Sequence record: PQ758395
From: Escherichia phage phita32
DNA: 64,000 bases
Strand: one strand, 5' to 3'
Shown here: in pieces, positions 27,788 through 36,681 of the stretch
Layout: each line of letters opens with the position of its first letter
How positions within the stretch are numbered: the first letter of the stretch is position 1
Translations under genes and position numbers: made by a program
Notes under the pieces: generated by a model
Databases searched by the model: none
Told to the model about the DNA's origin: nothing
Seen by the model: the letters and a program-made list of their open reading frames with translations, nothing else

Positions 27788-28003
27788 ATGATCACCAACA
27801 AAACAGGCAAAACAGAATTTTTACGCAACTTGCAGATCGGCAAGCCTGAGATCTGGTATTGCACTAAAACACCACGTGACGAAATGAAAGACTTCACCGC
27901 CACGCTGCAACGGGTGAAGATATCTATCACACAGAAAAAGGCCTTACTAGTGGTGGAAGGTGAGATCCCCCAAACCGTTGTTATAGTTGAGCGTACAGCA
28001 TAG
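27788..28003 (+). CDS. hypothetical protein
   Basis: ORF with AAGGTGGG SD. Confidence 0.45.
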   Translation: MITNKTGKTEFLRNLQIGKPEIWYCTKTPRDEMKDFTATLQRVKISITQKKALLVVEGEIPQTVVIVERTA

Positions 28004-28094
28004 TTTAATTTATACAGATACCTGAAAATTAACCAACAAAGCATAAACAGGCGGTTACCGCCGCCTTAAACGTAGCAGAAAGAGGATAGACACA

Positions 28095-28379
28095 ATGAAA
28101 AAGATGATCGCAGTGGTTTCCCTGGTTGTTGGACTTAATGCGCCTGTAATGGCTAAAGAGCTGGCAAAAGAGGTTGATCTAACGGATATCCATGCCGTCA
28201 ATCAAATCGGGGTTACTTATCGCTTATGCCTTGCCGCTAAAACTTTTAATGACGGCACAACAGAGTACTACGGATTCGAGGGTATCCGGTGCGGTGAGCT
28301 TGCTCGCGACCTTAAGGAAGATCCAGACCTGGAAGATCTGCCCATCACCGTAAACGGTAAAGCTTACGTAGACCGTTAA
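28095..28379 (+). CDS. putative secreted/periplasmic protein
   Basis: N-terminal signal-peptide-like MKKMIAVVSLVVGLNAPVMA; AAGAGGATAG SD. Confidence 0.5.
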   Translation: MKKMIAVVSLVVGLNAPVMAKELAKEVDLTDIHAVNQIGVTYRLCLAAKTFNDGTTEYYGFEGIRCGELARDLKEDPDLEDLPITVNGKAYVDR

Positions 28380-28381
28380 CC

Positions 28382-28522
28382 ATGAGAAAGATAATCATCA
28401 CCTTGGGGATTGTGGTAGCAATATTGGCGCTCTTTCCCCTTATGGTTAGATATGTGCTGATACGTGCTGTTCTAGTGGTCAGCGATCTGGTGTTATATAT
28501 ATATATTAACTTACTGTTTTAG
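28382..28522 (+). CDS. small hydrophobic peptide (46 aa, not in ORF track)
   Basis: ATG 28382 directly after upstream stop; MRKIIITLGIVVAILALFPLMVRYVLIRAVLVVSDLVLYIYINLLF. Confidence 0.3.
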   Translation: MRKIIITLGIVVAILALFPLMVRYVLIRAVLVVSDLVLYIYINLLF

Positions 28523-28718
28523 GTGCGATAATGACCACTGATGAAGCTGTAAAAGTGTTGGCGGTATTGAGATAACATAATCAGACAAAAGTTATAAACG
28601 ATCCTGATTATGTTGACTCAAAGCGTGAAGATGAGACATTGACCGCAATAGGGATTATTCAAGAATTGCTAAAGCGCATGACAGAGAAAAACCGACCTGA
28701 CTACATAGGGGGTAAAAT

Positions 28719-29030
28719 ATGATCGCTATTACGCCAACCGTTTTAGATTGGTATCGGCAACGCATAGCGCTTCCGCTGGCTATCTTCAAAGATGCGGAAG
28801 CAAAACAACGCCGGATCTCAATACATGAGATCATCAACCTTAACGCTGGAGGCACACCATACCGTCCAGGACCTGGCCGTGAGATGGACAATACGTTAGC
28901 GATCCTGAAGATACGCCGTAAACGGTCCTCCCTTACGCTGGACTCATTACACACAATGCAGTCTCCGTTCCAGGTGACCGGGAAACGGATCGCCAGGTCC
29001 TGGACAAAGGCCAATGATCGGACCGTATAA
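28719..29030 (+). CDS. hypothetical protein (uncertain; lies in GC-rich repeat-containing segment)
   Basis: ORF with AGGGGGTAAAAT SD on the array strand; region carries CCAGGACCTGG / CCAGGTCCTGG inverted motifs and could be non-coding. Confidence 0.3.
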   Translation: MIAITPTVLDWYRQRIALPLAIFKDAEAKQRRISIHEIINLNAGGTPYRPGPGREMDNTLAILKIRRKRSSLTLDSLHTMQSPFQVTGKRIARSWTKANDRTV

Positions 29031-29117
29031 ATAAAAAGTGTTTTGGTACTGATTTTGGGGTTGACTTGTTCGGCCCCTTTTGCTATTCTTATTAAACGGG
29101 CGGCACTTGGGAACAGG

Positions 29118-29140
29118 GGGAGACAATCACCGGGCCTGCC
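29118..29140 (-). repeat. GC-rich 23-bp element (inverted right copy)
   Basis: Plus strand GGGAGACAATCACCGGGCCTGCC is the reverse complement of 19553-19575. Confidence 0.45.
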
Positions 29141-29165
29141 TGTCATATAAGAACTATAAAAACCT

Positions 29166-29194
29166 TTGACATCTGCCATGGGGTGAGGTAACAT
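29166..29194 (+). promoter_or_regulatory. sigma70-like promoter (TTGACA-17-TAACAT) with leader hairpin
   Basis: GGGGGCAAAAGTGCCC hairpin downstream. Confidence 0.5.
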
Positions 29195-29249
29195 TTATCT
29201 TGAAGGGGGCAAAAGTGCCCACACAACAACCAGGAGAGAGGAAAACACT

Positions 29250-29522
29250 ATGTCAAGCTGGATTAATCAAGAAGTCGAATCACGTTTTAATGCTATTTGG
29301 GATCTCATCGAAAAAGAGGACGGAACATCAAGCCCCTACCTCAACAATTTGGAATTCCATTTTGTGGAAGCGATGAACGCAGAACATGATCACGAAGGTG
29401 GCGCGGATGAGTTCGCTAAAGGTTATGGCTTTAACAATGCCAACGAAATGATCGAGGCGGTAGTACTCCAGGCTGAGGAAGATTATCAATTAAAAACTCT
29501 TGAATTCTGCCGCCGCAAGTAA
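29250..29522 (+). CDS. hypothetical protein
   Basis: ORF with AGGAGAGAGGAAAA SD. Confidence 0.5.
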   Translation: MSSWINQEVESRFNAIWDLIEKEDGTSSPYLNNLEFHFVEAMNAEHDHEGGADEFAKGYGFNNANEMIEAVVLQAEEDYQLKTLEFCRRK

Positions 29523-29582
29523 TAAGATAATGACACGGGCCGAAAGGCCCACTAATCAAGATCACATAGAGAGGAAAACATC

Positions 29583-29846
29583 ATGAAACGCATCGATCAG
29601 CTTAAAGTAGTTCAACATATGGCTTACCGTATCCTTGAAGTTCAAAAAGGCAGCAAAAAAGAAGTTTGTGAAAAAGCCTATAAAATTTTCACCCGCAAAA
29701 AGGACGACTGGATGTTACGCCAGACTAAAAAGGACGATATCTTGGGATACTTGGAAGAAGAGATCCGCCTTGCCGAGCAAGAAGAGATCCGCCGTGATGA
29801 AGCAGAATATCAGGCAAGTTGGGAATACTGGATGAATAACAAGTAA
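29583..29846 (+). CDS. hypothetical protein
   Basis: ORF with AGAGAGGAAAA SD; GGGCC-GAAA-GGCCC hairpin upstream. Confidence 0.5.
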   Translation: MKRIDQLKVVQHMAYRILEVQKGSKKEVCEKAYKIFTRKKDDWMLRQTKKDDILGYLEEEIRLAEQEEIRRDEAEYQASWEYWMNNK

Positions 29847-29907
29847 TACAGCAAGCCATGCAACCAGGGCGAAAGCCCCTTGATTCTGAAAAATAATGCT
29901 ATCCTTA

Positions 29908-29936
29908 TTGACAAGGATCGGCAGTTTTGCTATATT
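29908..29936 (+). promoter_or_regulatory. sigma70-like promoter (TTGACA-17-TATATT)
   Basis: -35 29908-29913, -10 29931-29936. Confidence 0.55.
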
Positions 29937-29983
29937 CTTTTTCAGAAGGAAGTTGTAAGAAAATTATCTAAGAGGTAAACACC

Positions 29984-30403
29984 ATGAATATTAAATCTAA
30001 CAATCCCGCATACAGCTTTGATAACGCTTTTTGTCACGGCCCAGCCGCAAAAGGTTTTGAAATTGATGGTAAACTGGTTATTGTGAATGTTGACGGGGAA
30101 GAGGTTGCAGTATATCCGGTGGCAGACGTTAAAAGCCGTTTACAATGCCGCATTGATGTTACCGCATATCAGCTTGATCCGGTCCGCGTAGTTGCCCTGG
30201 TCCTGGAGGAAGAAATCAAAGCGATGCACCATAGTAACAGGTTTATTGGTGACGCGCAGGATAATATGAAGGTGTGCCGTTATAAAGTTAATGAAGTGCT
30301 TAAAGAATATGGATTTAAGGATCTGATGATCAAACGTGATGAAAAATTTCGTTATCGTAACGACCTGGCAAATCGAATCTATGAAATATACGAATCATTA
30401 TAA
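29984..30403 (+). CDS. hypothetical protein
   Basis: ORF with AAGAGGTAAA SD; last gene of the rightward array. Confidence 0.5.
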   Translation: MNIKSNNPAYSFDNAFCHGPAAKGFEIDGKLVIVNVDGEEVAVYPVADVKSRLQCRIDVTAYQLDPVRVVALVLEEEIKAMHHSNRFIGDAQDNMKVCRYKVNEVLKEYGFKDLMIKRDEKFRYRNDLANRIYEIYESL

Positions 30404-30421
30404 TTTTTTAACTGAATTATC

Positions 30422-30448
30422 AAGGGGCTTAAAGCCCCTTTCTTTTTG
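30422..30448 (+). terminator. rho-independent terminator
   Basis: AAGGGGCTT-t-AAGCCCCTT hairpin then TCTTTTTG. Confidence 0.7.
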
Positions 30449-30449
30449 T

Positions 30450-33020
30450 CTCCTCTTTTCCTACCACAAACGGCCAAGCCTGGCAAGTGGAATAATTGAC
30501 TAGCCAGCAATTACCAACACTGTACAAACATACATGTAAAATAGCTATTGCATAATATTTCATTGTGTGGTAGCAGGGCCATTTTTACCCGCTTTTCCTT
30601 CCAAAACTGCATGTAATTCCACTATTGCACAAAATTTAACCTGATGCACAATATCTCTTTCTTGTCAACAACTAAAAATCTTTATAAGTCATACACTTAC
30701 ATAACCACAAAAGCGTGTTCTACGTGAAAAATCGGGTATAACTATAGCCACTAAATTCCAGAATTCACGTAGCGTCACCATTCTATAGCCCGCTAAGTAT
30801 TTATTCCGACCATAGAATAACGGAATAGTCAATACCTGCATAAAATAATTATTCGTGTAAACTGCATAACATAAATCAGCTAGGGTGTCAACATTTTTCG
30901 TAAACAGCTTGAAATTATCACGGTGAGTTATCATAAGCAGATAAATCTTTAGTCGTCTAATGTTTACTGTACGTTACTATACTAACTGAAATCATTAGAT
31001 GACTAAGAGAAAGATAAGAAATCATTAACAATGCAATTGTTTTATTCGTAACAATAAGGCAACTATGCAAACGAATGGCATGGCGCGACGGAGTCGCGAC
31101 ATAATATAAAAGCAGTAACCATCACCCCCGTGATAGTTTGTCTGCAAACTATTAATCAGATCATAGTTGCCTTGTATTTAGTTAATCATGACATAAACTC
31201 AGGCATAGCCTTCGTCTCGAGGATGTTAACAAGCAAGGCAACTATAGATCTGCTAATAGTTGCCCTGCTTTTATATTATGTCATAGAAACACCCGAAGGG
31301 GTGACCAAAGGTCACCTGGCATAGCCAGTGAAAGATTATTAACTTGCTAATTGTCAACTTGTTGGCTGTTAGCTTGTCAATTGTAAACTAGTTAATTGTT
31401 ATCATGCAAACGAATGGCATGGCTTATCATCTATGCGTGAACTATCCAGGCGTAAACAGTCTATGTGGGAACAATCTATACGTGAACAGTGAAACATGAA
31501 ATAATAACAGTCGTTATTGTGGCGTATTGTGCTGCAGTATGTCATATTGTGTCAGACAAGTTTTTCTCCTCTTTGTCAAGTGCTGCATGAAAAATTTACA
31601 ATCTTGTATGGTAGCATTTTGCGGCCCTGTTTACATTCAGGAATGTATGTATAATCCTTGTTGTGTGGGCGTTTAGACGTCTGGACGGTCAGAAGTCTGC
31701 AGGTTAATATCTAATCTATTGGCTGCTAACTATATCCCCCACAAATAATAAGAAATATAATTGTTATATGTGTAAACCGTAACTCATGTTATCAATCCCT
31801 GTATGTATCGCCAGTGGTGCGCATAATGGGTATTATGTTAAATTGCCCGTAATGATAACTATTCTCACAATGATAGGTATTCTCATTCACCCCACAAGAT
31901 AGGTTGCAAATGTTGTGCCACTGTGTGAACGGCCTCACCTATTAATTTGCCTCACTGCCTCGATATTTGAGAATTATTATAAGAATGAAAAGTATTCCCA
32001 TTTCGTCCGCCTGGCAGCACTCCAGTCGCTACCGGCTCCTGACAGGGAAGCACTCCTGTAGGACAAGCACAAAATCGTGGTATAACTGGACCTGTTCAGA
32101 TATTTCTGGCTGGCTCTTCAGGTCTGTGTGGGAAAAGTCAACCTCTCTGGCGGGGCAGGGGATCATGACGGGAAAATTGCAGGTCAATTAAAAAATTTAC
32201 GTGGTGTATGAAGCGCTCTTCAGGTAAGGCATGTATTATGGGATGAAACCCTCTTCAGGCAATGATATTTGTGGGTGTGATATTTGCTGGAAAGCCAGAT
32301 ATGACGGGACTCCCGTCGGGGCAGGGGTAGTACAGACAGGGAAAATATGGGGATGTAGTTGGGGAAATTGATCAGACAGGTAGAGTATGGAATATGTTAC
32401 AAGTATGTTAACTATGGAGGGTGAATATCTGTAGGATTTGTGTGTAAAATCAAAGACTTAAGTGGTGTTGTGGTATTTTCTATAAATAATTCAAGTTTAA
32501 TAGGTAATATTTGTCTCTATCCGCTTTGTGTGGTAAACAGATTCAGATGAGATTGGTTTACAAGTGTATACATAATATACAAATTAAAGATACAAGAAAC
32601 CCCCCTCCCCCTTCAGCTACCATTCACCTTTTCCTCTGACTGGTACTTAAACACTTATTCAGACTCTTCAGGTTATCACCCATATATCATATGGCAGTGA
32701 CTGGTGTCCTCCGGCCCCTCTTTCGTCACCCGTCCGCTTCGCCATGCTAATGCCATAGCCAAATGTTCGGTTGTTCACCCTGTTCACTCAGGTGTATCTC
32801 CATACCCCTTCAAACCGAAGAGAACAGAAAACCCGAATTACTCGGTAAAAGAAAAGAGAAGAACTTAATTTTATCAGGATAGGCAAGAATGTCAAGGCAT
32901 GACTGCTCACTAAACAAGCAAACAGTCATGTGTGGTAGGTAAGTGATTGTGGTGGTAGGAAATTTAGTTGAAAGATGTGTTATAGGTGCTTCCAGCACTT
33001 TAGCCGGGCAACTAATTGTG
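30450..33020. other. 2.6-kb ORF-free, repeat-dense region between convergent gene blocks (candidate origin/regulatory or ncRNA locus)
   Basis: No ORF of 60 aa or more except one weak hit; repeat families GGCAACTAT/ATAGTTGCC (x4, 31050-31280), CTATRYGTGRAAC direct repeats (31431-31490), CAAACGAATGGCATGGC (x2), CTCTTCAGG (x4-5), GGGGCAGGGG (x2). Confidence 0.5.
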
Positions 33021-33022
33021 TG

Positions 33023-33238
33023 TCAGTCCAGTGGTTCATCACCTACTTCACTGAAATCGATGTTCATGGTCTCCTCCCAACCATCAATCTCAGCACCAGA
33101 GTAGAGATCTTTAGGACTCACTCCCAAAGCCTCAGCAACAGAATCCATGTTTAACACTTCTGGCAGGTACGATTCATCGAATTCGAGGTAAATCAGGCCA
33201 CGAGTGTTGTCAGCTCCACCAAATATTTCTATCTTCAT
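33023..33238 (-). CDS. hypothetical acidic protein
   Basis: ORF with AGGAGA SD; first/most distal gene of leftward block. Confidence 0.45.
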   Translation of the reverse strand: MKIEIFGGADNTRGLIYLEFDESYLPEVLNMDSVAEALGVSPKDLYSGAEIDGWEETMNIDFSEVGDEPLD

Positions 33239-33359
33239 GAAATCTCCTCTAGAAATGAGAGTGTGAACAGGGTTTTATACGTTCCAATGCACAGGAATTA
33301 TGCACGTTTGCCTCTTCAGGCCATGCTTTAGCATGAGGAACCTGTGTGGGCTCGGTGCT

Positions 33360-33572
33360 TCATAGTCTACCACCCCTGAACTCTTCGTGCTCAGGCATAA
33401 TAGAGAACCAGATATCTACGATGTCCTCCCACGTCAGGTCATCAGCCTCAGGATCCACCTGGAGCAAAGATGGAGAGTCTTCAGAATCGAAGTTTTCCTC
33501 TTTAACTGGCTCAGCCAAGGGACATATGGTCACTCCTTTGGATGTTTCTTCAGATGCATGTGTGTTGATCAT
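33360..33572 (-). CDS. hypothetical acidic protein
   Basis: ORF; ATGA overlap with upstream small peptide gene. Confidence 0.45.
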   Translation of the reverse strand: MINTHASEETSKGVTICPLAEPVKEENFDSEDSPSLLQVDPEADDLTWEDIVDIWFSIMPEHEEFRGGRL

Positions 33573-33670
33573 GTTCCACCCGTGAGTATTCCGGCAACAG
33601 CCGCTATGGACGTAATGATCATCAGGATCACCACTAAAACCTCGGATAATGTTCTCATTGTGTATCCCAT
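33569..33670 (-). CDS. small membrane peptide (33 aa, not in ORF track)
   Basis: ATG at 33670 downstream of minus-strand promoter; MGYTMRTLSEVLVVILMIITSIAAVAGILTGGT. Confidence 0.35.
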   Translation of the reverse strand: MGYTMRTLSEVLVVILMIITSIAAVAGILTGGT

Positions 33671-33690
33671 ATTCTACAAATTATGTGTGG

Positions 33691-33719
33691 ATACTATCAC
33701 TGGAGCGGTAATGTGTCAA
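33691..33719 (-). promoter_or_regulatory. sigma70-like promoter, minus strand (TTGACA-17-TAGTAT)
   Basis: Minus-strand -35 is the complement of 33714-33719, -10 the complement of 33691-33696. Confidence 0.55.
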
Positions 33720-33879
33720 CAGAAACGCCGCGAGGGTTTGGTTAAAATCCGAGCGTATGGTGATTTGGGTCAAAACGGACGTGCGTTCTCGCTACGCTCG
33801 AAAGAGGGATTTGTTTGTAGACCGTCCTTAAACGCTCTGTAACGAGACTATCTGTCCAAGGTATGCAATCGTGCACCAG

Positions 33880-33908
33880 ATAAAGAAAAGGACGCCACAG
33901 AGCGTCCT
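33880..33908 (-). terminator. probable rho-independent terminator, minus strand
   Basis: Minus-strand AGGACGC-tctgtg-GCGTCCT then TTTCTTTAT. Confidence 0.55.
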
Positions 33909-33932
33909 AGGTGTCTTAAATTTGATATTTTG

Positions 33933-34235
33933 CTATACCCATGAGGGTTTATCAAGGTTGGAGTAGCTAAAAGGTGTCAAAAGGTGATTGTCAAAATCTC
34001 TCAAACTATCCAGATCTTTTTCCTCGTCCTGACACCATCTGTGTCTACATTTATTGTTGTAGTGCATAGAATGCATAGCGTTCTGCAACTTAACAGGCAC
34101 AAGTGATTCAAGTATTGTTGGGTATGCCAGAACCACCTCAAACAGTGGAAACACATCGAAACTAAAGTCTACCTCTGCAAAGGTTGATGGCATGTAGGAG
34201 TATTTAGCCGCCTTTGTAGACATAATCCACCTCAC
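33933..34235 (-). CDS. hypothetical protein
   Basis: ORF in leftward operon. Confidence 0.45.
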   Translation of the reverse strand: MRWIMSTKAAKYSYMPSTFAEVDFSFDVFPLFEVVLAYPTILESLVPVKLQNAMHSMHYNNKCRHRWCQDEEKDLDSLRDFDNHLLTPFSYSNLDKPSWV

Positions 34236-34564
34236 ACAGGTTTGATAATACCTTTACCGAATAACTCTTCGTATCTAATCCTATCCGGATCCCACCCCTG
34301 GATAATTTCGAAGACAATATCCAACCCTGGGATGATCACTTCTCCAGTGTCAAGCTTAGCAAGAACAAAACCGGAAGGTTGAATGGTTTCCCAGTTACAG
34401 CGATCAGAGTAAAGTACTTCGAAAATATTACCAACCTCAATCCGTTTCTGTTGCTCAAGATGCTCCAGGTTCTCTTTCATGCGGATGCAGCGGATTTTTC
34501 GTGCAGGCCATAGACCGCCTGCATCACGTTCATTTAGCTCTTTTACAGTAATCGGTATACCCAT
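34232..34564 (-). CDS. hypothetical protein
   Basis: ORF, ATGA overlap. Confidence 0.45.
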   Translation of the reverse strand: MGIPITVKELNERDAGGLWPARKIRCIRMKENLEHLEQQKRIEVGNIFEVLYSDRCNWETIQPSGFVLAKLDTGEVIIPGLDIVFEIIQGWDPDRIRYEELFGKGIIKPV

Positions 34565-34620
34565 CTCAAATCTCCTTCATAGATAGTAAAAAAGAGGGGC
34601 CCAAGCTCCCCTCTTTGTCA

Positions 34621-34926
34621 TTATTCTACAGAGCGTTTGAACAGAATGTCTGCCTCAGACATGTGCTCAACCTCTTCTTCGATTTTAGCTCGACGTTTTT
34701 CAGCCTCATAGCGAATATCGAACTCAGTAGCCACCAGAGATTTGATGAATTTAGGAGAATACAGATGATCCTGCTTCTCAACGAGAATGATATCCTTAAT
34801 GGCATCTTTCAGATCTTTAATCTGAAGTTGGAGTTCCACCAGTTCTTCGATTGTTTTGCGAAGGCGATCACGCTCTGCAGTGTCAGAAGGAAGAGAGGTG
34901 AACAGTTCAACTTTAGATTTAGCCAT
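34621..34926 (-). CDS. hypothetical coiled-coil protein
   Basis: ORF with SD. Confidence 0.45.
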   Translation of the reverse strand: MAKSKVELFTSLPSDTAERDRLRKTIEELVELQLQIKDLKDAIKDIILVEKQDHLYSPKFIKSLVATEFDIRYEAEKRRAKIEEEVEHMSEADILFKRSVE

Positions 34927-34954
34927 AGTAAGAGTCTCCTTATGTTGTTTTAAA

Positions 34955-35206
34955 TTAACGTTCTACAAAAATACCGTTCAGTTCAATAACCAGGAATTTC
35001 TGGTCTTCACTATCGTCTCGTGCCAGCACCTCACAGACGTATCGGTCATCCCCATCATCATCGCAGTCAAATACAAGACTGAGGACTTTATCATGATAAA
35101 CCTTCGCCACTACCGCCTCGTAAGTATTGCCGATTGTGAATCCAAGATAATCTCCAATGCATTTGACAACAACATGATCACCAGCATTCAAGTCAATCTT
35201 CGTCAT
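34955..35206 (-). CDS. hypothetical protein
   Basis: Start moved from track 35272 to ATG 35206 with AAGGAG SD. Confidence 0.45.
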   Translation of the reverse strand: MTKIDLNAGDHVVVKCIGDYLGFTIGNTYEAVVAKVYHDKVLSLVFDCDDDGDDRYVCEVLARDDSEDQKFLVIELNGIFVER

Positions 35207-35361
35207 TACTGCGCTCCTTGGGTAATAATACTGTATGTAAAACTTTAACCAGAGATGTGAACAACGCCCCAAAACACACCGATAGCGCTAAAACAGACAA
35301 GGCCATCATTAAAGCTTCAGTAAAATCAGTCATTCCTCACCTCTTGTTAGTCACTATACTA

Positions 35362-35625
35362 TCATTTATCCTTGCCGTCAAGAACTTTTTTAAATCTTTC
35401 AGGTATATCACCCGTTCTTAGATAGCTCATGACCTCACAAGGTTCCCACTTGAATTTCTTACAGAGCAGGGCGGCTGAGATTGTTTCATTGCGAAAAGAA
35501 AGGATATTAATATCCCACTCTGAGAACCCCAATTTACGAAGAGTAGCTACAGAAATCCTCACCGCAACCCAGCAGCAAAAACATGCAACAAACGCCACTG
35601 CTACAACCCACATCAGGATGTTCAT
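35362..35625 (-). CDS. putative membrane protein
   Basis: N-terminal helix NILMWVVAVAFVACFCCWVAV. Confidence 0.45.
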   Translation of the reverse strand: MNILMWVVAVAFVACFCCWVAVRISVATLRKLGFSEWDINILSFRNETISAALLCKKFKWEPCEVMSYLRTGDIPERFKKVLDGKDK

Positions 35626-35714
35626 ATAAGCACCTTACTGAAATACAAGACACAGGGTTAAGGTTACTGACCAGCAAATAATTAACAGTGCCGTTGCAAC
35701 CTTGGCAAGATTTA

Positions 35715-36002
35715 TCATAGTGCCTCTAAGATTTCATACCCTTCGGGTCGGAATACAAGCCACTCCGTGGCTCCGTTTGGTCGATATGCTTTATACAAAA
35801 CAACCTGATCTCGGCACATACACATGGCTACATAGTTTTCATCCACACCTGCAGCCTGCATTGCATCTTCTTCTCCGGCAACTGCTTTGCTTACAACTTC
35901 CTTGGTAGGCAGGTGTGCGATCAGCTCGTCACCATCATTAATTCCAAAATGGCTGAGTTCTCCATTGGTATCTTTAATCTTAATCTTAACCAGATCTTTC
36001 AT
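35715..36002 (-). CDS. hypothetical protein
   Basis: ORF in operon. Confidence 0.45.
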   Translation of the reverse strand: MKDLVKIKIKDTNGELSHFGINDGDELIAHLPTKEVVSKAVAGEEDAMQAAGVDENYVAMCMCRDQVVLYKAYRPNGATEWLVFRPEGYEILEAL

Positions 36003-36331
36003 TGGTCTTTCTCCAGGTTCAAAGGCCCTAAGATTTCATATGCCAGATTAGAAGTTACCAGAGGGTCTTCTACATCTTTAGTATTATACCACCCGTGAAT
36101 AACCAGAGTCCCACTCTGTTTCATATCTAACTGGAACTGTTCTGCAGTTTCTTCATCCATCTCTAAGATCTCCATAAGGTATTTGATGTTAGGAAGGTAT
36201 GCAGCTGTTACAGTTCCCTCCACCAAACCTTCTGGCCAACCTACATCTGGATGACAAGTAGGAACCAGGTTGGTCAGCTTAATGGTGTACGCTTTTTCTG
36301 CACGAGCCTTCAGTAGCTGGTCAATCTTCAT
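35999..36331 (-). CDS. hypothetical protein
   Basis: ORF, overlapping stop/start. Confidence 0.45.
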   Translation of the reverse strand: MKIDQLLKARAEKAYTIKLTNLVPTCHPDVGWPEGLVEGTVTAAYLPNIKYLMEILEMDEETAEQFQLDMKQSGTLVIHGWYNTKDVEDPLVTSNLAYEILGPLNLEKDQ

Positions 36332-36681
36332 TATTCGTCCTCCTCTTCGGTGCCTGCTTCCAGTAATAAGTTAAGAATATCTTCTGCACAAGGCTCATAG
36401 AACTCTTGGCCTTCATTATCGATGATTTTGTAGTCATCTCCGCGAATAATCAGAGGATCACTCTCAAAATTATCGAGACCTTTAACAACGACAACACGAT
36501 CGATTGCCATCATTGTAAGAACTTTATCGACATCTTCCTCTGCTACACCATACTGCAGCAGAATGTCTTTGGTAGGAGGGACAGCATCCACCACAACACC
36601 GTTACCAAAACCTTCCGGCAAGTTAGCTAAAATATCTTCCGGAACCACATTCACATCAAAACCGGTAATTTCTACTTTCAT
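36331..36681 (-). CDS. hypothetical acidic protein (MK-V/I family)
   Basis: Starts MKVEITG, acidic tail EEEDE. Confidence 0.45.
   Translation of the reverse strand: MKVEITGFDVNVVPEDILANLPEGFGNGVVVDAVPPTKDILLQYGVAEEDVDKVLTMMAIDRVVVVKGLDNFESDPLIIRGDDYKIIDNEGQEFYEPCAEDILNLLLEAGTEEEDE

Noticed and set aside
19553-29140. Composite transposon bounded by terminal inverted repeats
   Set aside because: No transposase, integrase or recombinase between the inverted elements and no flanking target-site duplication evident; kept only as a possible cassette boundary.
28655-29194. 179-aa minus-strand ORF
   Set aside because: Opposite to every gene in the array, no SD, and lies in a GC-rich repeat segment where long spurious ORFs are expected.
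30450-33020. tRNA gene cluster in the ORF-free region
   Set aside because: No T-loop-like GGTTCGAATCC/GTTCRANYC motifs or cloverleaf-compatible acceptor-stem pairs found by eye; needs tRNAscan to be certain.
33387-33842. 151-aa plus-strand ORF
   Set aside because: Antisense to the leftward genes 33360..33572 and the small peptide gene, and overlaps a minus-strand promoter and terminator; no SD.
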